64,000 bases of DNA from Lama guanicoe (taxonomy: Eukaryota), in contig MU053379.1 of assembly GCA_013239625.1 (NCBI GenBank), positions 2,214,866-2,278,865 of the forward strand, written 5' to 3'. The position numbers were made by a program, and so were the translations under genes. Each line of letters begins with the position of its first letter. The stretch's first letter is position 1. The notes beneath the pieces are model-generated. The model ran no database searches. It worked only from the letters and a program-made list of their open reading frames with translations, and was not told the DNA's origin. Of the stretch, positions 26,300 to 38,600 are shown in pieces.

Positions 26300-26410
26300 A
26301 TAAAACTTTAGGGGCATAATTAGGTTTACTTAGTTATTTATTTTTAGAGGAGGTACTGGGACCTTGTGTGTGCTAAGCATGGGCTCAACCACTTAAGCTA
26401 TACCCTCCCT
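26300..26410 (-). mobile_element. tRNA-derived SINE (Vic-1-like) lacking the B-box segment
   Basis: gaggaggtactgg|gaccttgtgtgtgctaagcatg...ctataccctcccc. The gattgaacccagg segment seen in the other copies is missing. Confidence 0.7.
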
Positions 26411-28324
26411 GCTCGATACATTCATTTTAAAGGAAATGTGGGGTGTTCGCTTTTTAGCTGGCAATGGCTGTGCACACGTTGTCCTTTCTAACCATCACGT
26501 GCAGTACGAGTTGTGGGGTGCCTCTTCCGGAGGTGAGGCGGTCCACAGATGCAGGGACCGCTGGGCTGAAGGAATCCATTATAGGCAAGATATGATGGAT
26601 GGCTCTGAGCAGGTGACATGCATTAGAACTTTCCAGTAGAGCTGGTGTGATGTACCTAGCACCGGGGGAGGGGAGGGCTGATGGCCTGGAGAGGAGGCCA
26701 AGAATCTTGAGTGAACACCACCAGCATCTTAACAAACAGCAAAGGTGGAGAACCCGCCCTGTCGTCGACTTCCTTGTGCTTGTAGGTCAGTCTGGGGACA
26801 GAGTGTTTCAGGTAGCTGCAGGACGTGGAACTGAGAAGCGTGCCAGCATCGTTGGCTATAGGTTGCTCATTGTCTTAGACGCTCTGTATGTCATGGGGCC
26901 ATCGGAATGTCAGGTTATGTTTTCCTTTGCTCACACTGAAAATTGATTAATTGAAGTAGCCCGGTGATAAAGTTGGGTACCATCACAAGGCAAAATACTG
27001 GATGTTGTTAGAATCTGTTGAGTTGGAGGGCTTGAGATTGGGGAGTGGATGCCTTGAGGGGAAAGGACAGTGCTTTGCTCAACTCTTACTAAATCTGGGG
27101 CATTTTCCCCCAAAGGAAAAGTCAGAGTCATGCATGGTAAAAAAGCTGCTTAATATAGTAGAAAATACCATGTCAGCAGCTTCCTAAGGAGATCTCAGTG
27201 AATTTTTTGGGCACAGACCGTAAGGCATGTTTGTGGGAGATTTGCAGTTTGGAAGACCTGTCCCAGCATATTCTGCTGAAGTCAGGGAGGGGGTCACACA
27301 GACCAGGGGTCCTTTGACATGGCTGGGGCCTTCATTTTGGATTGAGAAGTCTGGATTGCACAGGTGCAATACCGGGCCCCGGTGTATTTTCAGCCTGATG
27401 AAAGGTCATCTCTGTGGCAGCAGATGCCCAGCTGCCCACGGAGAGGGCATACGTGGTTCCTGACAAAATAGAAAAGGAGCCATTTCAAAGATGTATTGGG
27501 GTGTGGGGACGTGTGTCCTGGCTCAGATCCCCACAGTGACATTGTCACCTGGACAGTTTCATGATTGCAGCACTAAAGCCGTTCAGACCAAAGGCCTCGC
27601 TCTCTGTTGTGATTAGTGCCGCTGCTATGCTCATTGCCCCTTTTCCTGAGTGTGGTGATGTGAACACAAGGCGGAAACCAGGACACTTTGCTTTCAAGTC
27701 CTTATAAAACTTATTTTCTTAATTAAAGTATCTAGCATTGAGAATCTGGAGTCTCATGAGCAAATCATGAGCAATCGTAATGCGTTTCTGACACCCAAGT
27801 AGACATGGACTGGACGTGCAAGTACACACCAGAGACACAAACCCGTAAAGGTGGAATTGCTCAACTCTGACTGTTGTCATGGGCCTGCCTGGCCCGGGCA
27901 GGGTCTGCTTCCCAGTGAGAGGGGCGCTAACGGGGCACCAGATTCGCTGAGAGGAGCTTCAGAGGGACGCTGCTGAGTGTGGGAAATGTGTTAACATAAA
28001 AACGTTTCTCCTTCCCTGGTATACTTCCGTAAACGAGGCAGATTTCAGTTGGGGGACCCTTGAAGCAAAGAAGAGTCAAAAGGATACTCTTTTACCCTCA
28101 GTGGCTGCAAAACATCTCTTCGTGCATGAGGATGTCATGGTGCAGCCGACTCGGTTTCTTAGTCCCTGTTAGAATTTTAAATAATAGTTTTTAAAGCTAT
28201 AATATTGTTTCTCAGAGACTTCGCCTGAAAATGGAGGCACTGAGAAAGCTGTGAGTGGACAGAACCAAGCTGTCTTCTGAGCTGTCCAGGGACCCAGTCC
28301 CGTCCCCACCCTGGAGAGTCATGT

Positions 28325-29021
28325 ATTTTTTTTTTGTTGAAGCATAGTCAGTTTACAATGTTGTGTCAATTTCTGGTGTACAGCACAATGCTTCATTCAT
28401 ATAGGAACATACATATATTCATTTACATACTCTTTTTCACCGTAAAGTTACTATAGGATATTGAATGTAGTTCCCTGTGCTATACAGTATAAACTTGTTG
28501 TCTATCTATTTTATATGTATTAGCTAGTATCTGCAAATCTTGAACTCCCAATTTATCCCTTCTTACCCCCTTCCCCTGCTGTTAACCGTAAGTTTTTTTC
28601 CATGTCTGTGAGTCTGTTTCTATTTTGTAAATAAGTTCGTTTGTCCTTTTTTTTTTTTTAAGATTCCACATGTAAGTGATATCATATGGTCTTTTTCTTT
28701 TTCTTTCTGGCTTACTTCACTCAGAATCACATTCTCCAGGTCCATCCATGTTGCTGCAAATGGCATTATTTTTATTCTGTTTTATGGCTGAGTAGTATTC
28801 CATTGTATAAATAAATCACAACTTCTTTATCCATTCATCTGTTGATGGACATTTAGGTTGTTTCCATGTCTTGGCTATTGTAAATAGTGCTTCTATGAAC
28901 ACTGGGGTGCAGGCGTCTTTAAATTAAGGTTCCCTCTGGATATATACCCAAGAGTGGGATTGCTGGATCGTATGGTAGGTCTATTTTTAGTTTCTGAGGA
29001 ACCTCCCTACTGTTTTCCGTA
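28325..29021 (-). mobile_element. 5'-truncated L1 3' end with 14-bp TSD
   Basis: Poly-T at the left and L1 3' motifs (tccatccatgttgctgcaaatggc, gagtgggattgctggatc). Flanked by ctggagagtcatgt at 28311-28324 and 29022-29035. Confidence 0.9.
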
Positions 29022-31309
29022 CTGGAGAGTCATGTGTTCTGAGAAGCCCAGAAGACACTTCCCAGCCCTCCTCCTTGTGTGTGAGCGCAGGTCATGGTAC
29101 TGAGTTCAGCCCAAGGCGGTGGTAACTTGGTCCCACTGAGATCACCTGGGTGGAGGAGCGATCCCCTCCCCTCACCCCCGCCATAAGTCTGAGTTGGATG
29201 ATCTGGTTACCTGTTTCAGGCTGCCCATCTGTTTCTATGTGTCTCTGGCTCAGGACCACAACCCATGGACATATGAGGCCATTTGGGATATTTCATTGTG
29301 CAGATCCAAAAAGGAGTGCCCATACGTCTTTGCTCCTCGGTGTCTAGCAGACTGCCTAGACACGAGAGGTCTTTGGAATTCCCAGAGAATGGCACTGTCA
29401 GCTGGAAGTTTCGGTGCTGATGGAAACGTCCTACATCTGTGCTGCCCAGTATGGTAGCCGTGAGGCACGTGGGGCTGATGAACACAGGAAAAGTGGCTCG
29501 TACAGCTAGGAATAAAAAAAATGCAGTATTGTTTAACTAATTAAAATTTACAGTAAAAGAGTCACAGTGTGATTAGTGGCTGCAGCACTGGGCAGTGCAG
29601 AGGGAGACTATTAAGGGACCAACCCAGCCGACAAAGACCGTAATGTTTCTTCCACAGGGCGGAGATGGCCCTTCTGCCCGTCCTAGGTCTTGAGGCCGGC
29701 CTGAGAAAGCAGGTATGCCTGGGAGCAGCCGTGCTCACTCTGTGCTCCCAGGACCGGCAGCGGCATCACCTGAGGGCTCTTAGAATCTCCGACCCTGCCC
29801 AGATCCCCCGAGTCATTACCTGCTTCCTAGCGAGGTCCCCAGGTGATTTGTACCTGCCTCCGCGTTTGAGGAGCCCTGTGAGTAAATGCTGCTGCAGTCT
29901 CCAGGGAACACGTGACCAGCTGCACACGTCCTCTCTTCTAGGAGGTCACTCTGAACTTGAGGCTGACATCAGTGTGTTGCAGGCAGTACCGAACAGGGAC
30001 AGGCGCAGATTATGGGGAGCAGCACCCTTAAAACTGAGGAAGGATTGGTGAATTTGGAAGCCAGAAGGGTCCTCTCTTAGTTCCAATAAGCCCTCATTTT
30101 GATTTGGTAAAGGAGCAACTGGAGAGAACCCAACTGATGGGCCAAGACCTATCGCAGGGTGAATCTCAGCTGACCTTCAAGGTCACCCCACACTTTAGAT
30201 GTGGACTCAGACCTGCTGCCAGGTATGTTGCTAACATTGGGAATTCCTGCGCTGTACTGATAAACTCAACAGACCTGTCTCCTCTCTATAATGAATCCAG
30301 GACCGATTCTCTACTTGTCCTTCCAAAGCCCCACGAGATTTGGCTTTACTTGCAAGATCAGGGAAATTTCCTTTGAGGCTATGAAAAAAAAGGACCTCAA
30401 CCAAGAAAGTCATTGCATTTAGCAAAAGGGGTCAGAAAATAGAACAAGAAAGGGAGAAGTTTGTGTAACAGCAATTTTTTTGATAAAAAGTGTGGGGACA
30501 AGTCCCACCAGAAGGACATTTTGTCTGTAATTTTTGAAATGATAATTGGGACCCAGCTGGATGGCGGTGAGGTTTGAAGCCAGAAGCAGACACAGCCAGG
30601 AAGTGGGGTGCAGATGACTCAGCCGGCAGAGCATGGGAGGCTGGAGCCATCCCGTCACCCAGGGGAGGCCCTCAGTCATCTGCTGCGTTGGTGGTGTCCT
30701 GTATGCATCTTGGTGCTGTCATCATGGTGTGAGTGAGAATGAAAACACGTCCTCAGGCAGCTCATGTAAGTAATTTAATCTCAGCTCTCTGCATGCCAAA
30801 TTCTGAATATTTAGCCCAGATGGCCCCTGAATGTTCCTTTCCTAAGCACCTCCTGTCCCCCAACCCCCTTCCCCAGTTAGCACCCCCCAATCCAAATATA
30901 AAATGAACAACTGGGAAGTGGTTTTAAATGCTTCTTTCCCAGCTGTCTGGGCCATTCTGGGTCCTATCCCCAGAAAGCAGATTCAGTGATCTGACCTTAA
31001 CATTCATCTCATCTCCTCCCCTGATACAAAAGCTATTGTTTAAAGCAATCATAGAATTTCATTTGCAAAAAAAAAAGCGCAAGATGAAAACAAATGAGGT
31101 CTTTAATTCTGGCATTGTGTGTGGTTCTCCCCACAAGTAAGAGCAAAGCAGTGAGGGATTTGGTCAGTGGCCTCCTCTGGGACCGACAAGGGCCTGGCCC
31201 CGGAAAGCACGGCACTGGAGTTTGACAAACGACTGCTGCCAAAAGGAGGGTACAGAAAAAGTCCAAGAGCATGCTGAAGCACGTATTCAAAAAGTGTTTC
31301 AAGATGATT

Positions 31310-31735
31310 GGATAAAGAAGCTGTATATATAATGGAATAGTACTCAGCAATAAAAAAGAGTAATGCCATTTGCAGCAACATGGATGGACCTGGAGATCAT
31401 CACTCTAAGTGAAGTAAGCCAGAAAGAGAAAGAAAAATACCATGTGATATCACTTATATGTGGAATCTAAAAAACAAATACACAAATGAACTTATTTACG
31501 AAACAGAAACAGACTCACAGGGTATATAAAACTACTATATAAAAAATAGATAAAGTTCCTACTATATAGCACAAGGAACTATATTCAATATCTCGTAGTA
31601 ACCTATAATGAAAAAGAATGTGAAAAGGAATATATGTATGTGTATGTATGACTGAAACATTTTTCTGTACAGTAAAAATTGACACACCATTATAAGCTGA
31701 CTAAACGTCAATTTAAAAAGAATGCAAAAAATGTT
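31310..31735 (+). mobile_element. 5'-truncated L1 3' end with about 13-bp TSD
   Basis: gccatttgcagcaacatggatggacctggag... with an A-rich tail, flanked by tttcaagatgatt at 31297-31309 and 31736-31748. Confidence 0.85.
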
Positions 31736-32030
31736 TTTCAAGATGATTCATTCAAAAATAAAATAAGGTAAGAAGTATAGGTTTAAGATTTATTAAGTCA
31801 TTAATGCAGGAACCAGTGAGATGGTAAAGCTGGTGTGAAGAGCATTTTGAGGATCTCGGGATTTGTAAGTATACGCAAGGACTGTGAAAAAGAAAAGTGA
31901 TGGATTTGAGACTGGTTAACAAGCTTCAGGGCAACCAAACCATAACATCTGGTGATCCTTTTACCCTTTGGAAACTAGAAACTATTTCCCTCTCTCAGAC
32001 TAGACCCACAAGTTAACATTCTGGGCTCTT

Positions 32031-32428
32031 TTTTTTTTTTAACATTTTTTTATTGAGTTTTAGTCATTTTGTAATGTTGTGTCAAATTCCAGTGTAGAGC
32101 ACAATTTTTCAGTTATACATGAACATACATATATTCATTGTCACGGCTTTTTTTGCTGTGAGCTACCACAAGATCTTGTATGTATTTCCCTGTGTTATAC
32201 AGTATAATCTTGTTTATCTATTCTGCATATGCCTGCCAGTATCTACAAATTTTGAACTCCCAGTCTACCCCTTCCCACACCCTCCCTTTTAGCAACCAGA
32301 AGTTTGTATTCTATGTCTATGAGTCTGTTTCTGTTTTTTATTTATGTTCTTTTTTTTTTTACATTCCACATATGAGTGATCTCATATGGTATTTTTCTTT
32401 CTCTTTCTGGCTTACCTCACTTAGAATG
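32031..32428 (-). mobile_element. 5'-truncated L1 3' end with 15-bp TSD
   Basis: Poly-T head and similarity to the 28.3 kb copy. Flanked by acattctgggctctt at 32016-32030 and 32429-32443. Confidence 0.88.
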
Positions 32429-32621
32429 ACATTCTGGGCTCTTAATCAATAATAGTTGAGTCAAACAGAGGTGCGTCCCCCCTGGATCACTCGATAATCC
32501 TTGAGTGGACTTGGTAATCAATGTTGCAGTATGATACTGAGGGACAAGCTTACCTTAACCCTAACCCTCTCTTGGCCTTATTTCCAAGTTGTGGATAATT
32601 ATGTGAAACTCCTACTGGCTT

Positions 32622-33143
32622 TGTTACTGAGTCTAAGCTCATACTGCTTGCTGCATGACATGCCGGTATATCAAGGGATGAGTTGTTGGGGCAAGGAATA
32701 GTGGCTGTATTTAGAAAGCCAGCAGACCGAGAAGATGGTGGACTAGTGTCTCAAAGAACCATCTTACTGGAATTAGAGTTCAGGCTTCTTTTATACTAAA
32801 AGTAGGGAGCGGGTATGGCTACTTGTTGCAAACTTCTTCACGTCAGAATCCTTTGTTCTTGCAGCTGTCCAGGTGGGTCTGGTCACAGTGTTCCTGTAAG
32901 CCTCCAACCAGACAAACGTTATTCTCTGTTCTGCAACTTTGTATCTCTATGTGAATGGGAAAATGTTATATCTTTAAAGTTCAGAGCCTCCAGAATGGGC
33001 TATGTTGTGTGTTTCGGACTACAGATAACATTCTTCTACAAAAGGTGCAGAGCCGGCGTGACTCAGCACAGGCAACAGAGCACAAAGGTTAGAGCTAAAG
33101 GAACAGATCCAATATGGAGTCAGGTTTGTTGTTCTCTGTTACA
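32622..33143 (-). mobile_element. Solo LTR (ERV1-like)
   Basis: TG...CA termini (tgttactg ... ctgttaca), about 520 bp, reverse TATA (cttttatact) and a near 4-bp TSD gctt/gttt. Confidence 0.6.
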
Positions 33144-33804
33144 GTTTCATTGAAATCATTTGTTTTAAACACTTGTTCACAAGTGCTTCAGCTAAACAGG
33201 CCCCAAATTCCCCCAGTTTCCTGGAATTTTCATTAAACACATTGTCTTTCTCCTTCCTGAAATACTTTCTTTGAAAGTTCCCCCCAAATATGGTATAAGA
33301 TCTTAAGTTGAAGTTTCTTACTGCAGGTAGCTAGATTCCTTTCCACGGCAAACGTGCCTCTTCCCCTACTCTACGGTGCCCACATTTCATTGCAAGACAC
33401 AAGAAAGCAGAGCAGGAAATGCTGAGCTGAGCATGTTCTGTGGACAGGCCAGAATGAAGCAGGGGTGTTTTGCTGGGTTGAATTAAAATTTCTGTTTCAT
33501 TTTTCAGTTAAATTAAATGATCTGTGATACTTCTCACTCTACGTGTAATACATGCATGAAATAGTGTAAAATTTAAATGCTTATGTGATACAGTGTTCAT
33601 TTGTATTTTGGGGGAGACTCTACAATTTGAAAAGGAAATAAATTAAAGAATTATGAAAAGAATTCATTCTCAAATATTATTCTTCCCTTAGTGGAATTTT
33701 CACCTTAAAATAAGATGAAGCAAGAGACAGACTTTGGTTATCTTTTTAAAAGAGATACACTGATTTTTTTTCCCAGAATTAATAAGTGAATTTATGGTTT
33801 GTAT

Positions 33805-34900
33805 ATTATGTTTTATTGAGGTATAGTTGATGTACAACATTATATAAGTTTACAGGTGTACTACTTAGTGATTCACAGTTTTTAAAGGTTATACTCCATG
33901 TATAGTTACTATAAAATATTGGCCATATTCCTTCTGTTACAATATGTCCTTGTAGCTTATCTATTTTATACATGGTAGTTTGCACATTTTACTCCCCTAC
34001 CCCTGTCTTGCCCCACACCTCCCCACACTGGTAAACACAAGTTATACCTGGGAGTCTGTTTCTTTTTTGTTATAGCCACTAGATTTTTTTAATTTTTAGA
34101 TTCCACACATAAGTGATATCACACAGTATTTGTCTTTCTCTGTGACTTCTTTCACTTTGTGTAATACCCTCCAGTTCCATCCATGCTGTTGCAAATGGCA
34201 AATTTTCATTCTTTCTATGGCTGAGTAGTATTCCACTGTGTGTGTGTGTGTGTGTGTGTGTGTATCACATCTTCTATATCCACTCACCTGTTGATAAACA
34301 CTTAAGTTGCTCCATACCTTGGCTATTGTAAATAATGCTGCTATGAACATTGGGGTGTGTGTAGCTTTTTGAATTAGTGTTTTTGTTTTTTTCAGATATA
34401 TATCCAGGGGCATCCTTGTCTTGTTCCTAATCTTAGAGGAAATGCTTTCAGCTTTTCACCGTTGAGCATGATGTTAGCTGTGGGTTTGTCATCTATGGTC
34501 TTTATTATGTTGAGGTATGTTCCCTCTTTGCCCACTTTCTGGAGAGTTTTTTCATAAATGAATGAGTTCTCAATTTTGTCAAAAGCTTTTTCTGTATCTG
34601 TTGAGATGATCGTATGCTTTTCTTCAGTTAGTTACTGTGGTGTCTCACACTGATTGATTTGCACATACTGAAAACCCCTTGCGCCCCTGGGGTAAATCCC
34701 ACTTGGTCGTGCTGCGCGGCGCTTTTACTGCACCTGTTGAATTCGGCTTGCTAATACATTGTTGAGGATTTTTGCATCCATGTTCATGAGCGATATTGGC
34801 CTGTAATTGTCTTTAGTTGTGACTAGCATCTTTGGTTTTGGTATCGGGGTGATGCTGGCCTCATAGAATGAGTTTGGAAACATTCCTTCCTCTGCAGTGC
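33805..34900 (-). mobile_element. L1 fragment: 3' end joined to an ORF2 reverse-transcriptase segment (internal deletion)
   Basis: Minus-strand translations [17 protein letters not shown]...[16 protein letters not shown] (L1 ORF2 RT) and TPMFIAALFTIAK (ORF2 C-terminus). Junction near 34409, (TG)n at about 34237-34263. Confidence 0.9.
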
Positions 34901-35207
34901 ATTGCTTTTCTTCATACTTGGAGGAACACAGTTTCTCTATATTTGTTTTGCCGTTCATTGTCGAGGACTTCTTGTGTTCATCACTCCCTCTGTATTTGCA
35001 TGCATTAATTAGGAGTTTAACAGAGGTGAGAGTATGTATTTTTTCCATTTTTCAGTATTCTAAGTATTTATAAACCAGTCTTTCTGTGTTGGAAAAAGTT
35101 GGGGCTATTGCTAAAGCTAGGGAACTTTCACAACACTAATGTTCAAAAAATAACAAGATTCATCACATTTTACTACTTTAATTATCTTTTAACTTTACTT
35201 TGATAAT

Positions 35208-35655
35208 TGTTATGTTTTGAATGATACCTCCCACCCACGAAAAACAAAATATATTCAAGTCCTAGCTCCTGAAATCTGTAACTGTGACCCTACTTGGAAA
35301 TAGCCTTTGCAGATACCGTCAAGTAAAGATGAGATCACATTGGAGTTGGGTGAGCCCTAATCCGGTGACTGGTGTCCTTATCAGAAGAGGGAGATTTGGA
35401 CACAGACACACAAGAAGATGCCACGTGACCACAGAGGTGGAGGTTGGGGTCATTCTGCCAAGGAACGCCAAGGATTGCCAGCAACCACCAAGAGACTAAG
35501 GAGAGGCAGGGGACGGATTCTCCCCTGGGCCCCCAAGAAGGAACCAGCCCTGACTGATTTTGGACTTCTGGCCTCCAGAACTGTGAGAGAATCTATACCT
35601 GCTGTTTTAAGCCACCACATTAGTGGTGATTTGTTAGCAGCTCCTGGAAGCCAGT
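35208..35655 (+). mobile_element. MLT1-type MaLR LTR
   Basis: gccctaatccggtgactggtgtccttatcagaagag ... ttggacttctggcctccagaactgtgagagaat...gttttaagccac. Confidence 0.8.
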
Positions 35656-38600
35656 CCTGTGCTGAGTCAGACAGCTGTGCGACACAGGGCCGAGTTCGTC
35701 CACACTCCATGTCTGATTGGACCTTACCTGTGATTTACAAGGAAGAGTTGTAACTACTGGTGAATGTGGGAAAATTGCACAACACTGTTCAACCCCTCAG
35801 TGTCCCTTTCCAGGTGGGGCCAGTTCGTGCAAACAGGACCAGCAGGCCTCTCCAAGTTTGCCACCTTTGAAACACTGTTTCTGTGGGGGATTCGTTGCAG
35901 GGAGCACCTGGAGATGCCAGGGCCACAGGCCCCTGAGCAGCACCGACAGACACACAGCGCCCTGCAAGCCCCCAAGATCGGACCAGGTCCTGCTGCAAAC
36001 CTGTGGAGCTGGGGGTTGGCCATGGGTCTGTGGGCTGAGACTTAGGCTGGAGGCACGGGGGGCCCAGTCTCATGGGGATGGGGTGTATGAGTCGGACCGA
36101 GACTTCCGAAACTCCTGCTCCCATCCTGCGGGTCGGCTGAGGGCCCAGAGGGCAGGCGGAAAGGTGGGGGAGGGCTCCCCTCTGAAACACCAGCTCCGAC
36201 AGGGACAGGGGACAAGCCAGGGGCCTTCGAAAGAAGTGGAGGCTGGGGCTGGAGCCAGGGTGGGACAATAGCAGATCTCCTTGAGATGTGTGGGAGGGGC
36301 ACAGTCCCCGCCTCTGGGCAACCCGAAGGCCAGCGGGGACACAGAGCGTGCGGGTGTGGAGTGTGCACCCAGTGTCCGCCCATGGGGGCTTCTAGCTTCA
36401 GGGCAACATCGTCCTCAGCAGTCGCTTGCAGCACGAGCCATGTTTTTGGAAACCAGCAAAAGAAGAAGCCACAGGACTGATTCCCCAGAACACAAGCAAG
36501 CCACACCCACCTTCCCAGGAGACAGTGGAGGAAGGGAAGCATGAGACCTCCGTCGCCCGCAGCACTGCCCCCGCCCACAGCCTTGCAGGTGTGTCCTGGG
36601 AGGCGCCCCGCCTGGGGTTAGCATCCCAGCTGCACTCTGGGGTCTGCTGGGATGCCCTCTTTTTCCCTGCTTCCCTTCCCCGGCCCAGGCAGGTCCCTGC
36701 TGCCACCTGGGGAGGGATGGTAATTCCATGGAAACCGTCTTAGGTCCATGTGCCTCCATCCTTCAGAGATAATTCTTCTGACCCCACATCGCGTGAAGTG
36801 ACGGAGGCCTCCGGCATCTTCCTGCTCTGCTGGGAGGAGCTGCAGGGTTCCTCCTCCTCCCAGATCTTCATCCTGCAGCGCAGGGAGCCTTCATTCCTCC
36901 CGATTGTAGCCCAGACTCGCCCAGGAATGGGGTGTCGGCACCTTTCCTTCAGGCAGTTTAAATGGACACAGCGCCTGGTCAAAACCATTGTAGGCTGATT
37001 TTTCATTCTTTCACACTCAGACAAATAACATCACCTGCAAGTTCAGGATGCATCTTGTGCCAGCGGCCAGGTGCACTGGACCGTAAGAATTGTGAGACTG
37101 GTCCACCAACCAGCATCAGGTGTATTTCGTGAGCACTGGGCACGCAGAGTTCATGTAATAATAAGTTGCCCTTACTATTTCTACCCTTTACTTGATGCTC
37201 TGACTACACATGGGCCTTAAGAAAATAGCCCAGAAGACACTGGAGTATTTCCAGTCAGTCCCCTTCACTAGAAAAGCCATGTCGTGGCTCCGGAGCTGAG
37301 CACACAGTCACCTGGCGTTACCTCGTGGGGCACCAGTGAGCACTGTGAAGCCACAGCGTCTCCGAGGTGTAAGTCAGGGCTCTCCAAGTCCTTCTGTCTT
37401 CGGGGCCCCTTTCCTTTAATGTCCAAATGGCAGACTGTCACATGCTCTTACCTCCCTCCCCTCCCCAAGTCCCCTTAAGATGAAAACAAAGGAATACGAT
37501 AGGGGTTAAATCCACACTAACAATGAGAACAACAGGGAATTCACCAGAAATGTGAGCCTTGATAAATGTGTTGAAGATAAAAGCAGACAAGAGGAGACTG
37601 ATGGATAAAACCAAGCAACGAAGGGGAGTTCCAGTCCCAGACGCAGCCCCATAGATTTTACAACTTGGAAGACTGAGAAAACTTCCCAGAAGAAAAGGAA
37701 ATCAGCTCACTTGTGAGGAGACAGAGACTCAGCCCAGCGTGGGTGAGACCTCTCTCAGACAACACCGGTGAAGCACCACGGAGAAATGCCTTCAAATTAC
37801 GAGGGAACGTGTTTTGAACCTAAAAGGTCACTGTTAGTCAAAGTATCAATCAAGCACGAGGGCAAAATAAATCTGTTTTCAGACACGTGAAACCCTGCAG
37901 TCAGCCTTCTGGAGCTGTTCCTGAGATTAAATGAGGGTGAAAACAAAAGAATTGAGGTCTAGAAAAAAAGGGGGATCGACCCCAGAAGTACCCCCCACAA
38001 AAAAAAGCCAGAACGCCAACCAGCCTGGGGACTGTAGTTCCCTGCAGATCTGGAAAATCAGAGATTCAGACTGGAGCAGAAATGCAGATGTCTCTGGAAG
38101 TGTGTTTTCAAAGAGAAAGTGGATTTCCTGCAGCAGTTCGTGGAATTGAAAGGCTGGGTATTTTTGAAGATCTGATGGTAAACGTCCTCTGTTGACAACA
38201 GAAAAAAGTTAAAAATTTTAAAAAAAGGAGGAGGGGAGGGAGGCAGGCAGGCAGGCAGGCAGGCAAGGCAATTAGAAACCTCTGGAGGGGAGGGACCGTT
38301 TAAGAAAATAAAGATTCAGACGTGAAGTGAGCTGGGGTACAGCATGATCATGACTTTGAGGAATTGCAGCCAGGCAGAGAATTCATTTGACCCTGATGCT
38401 GGAAACATTTCCCTTTAAGTGTCACAGGAGTAGGGATGTTGGAGTCCTACTGGAGTTAAAGCCAGCTCGTTAGGAGGCAGGAGAGTGAGTGCCGGTTATC
38501 ATGACGTGGACGTGGTTTACTGGTGTTCAGTCTTTAGATTCAGCCTATAAACAAAGTCTATGAACTGACATGGTAACTGAGCAGAATGCACCTGTAAAAG

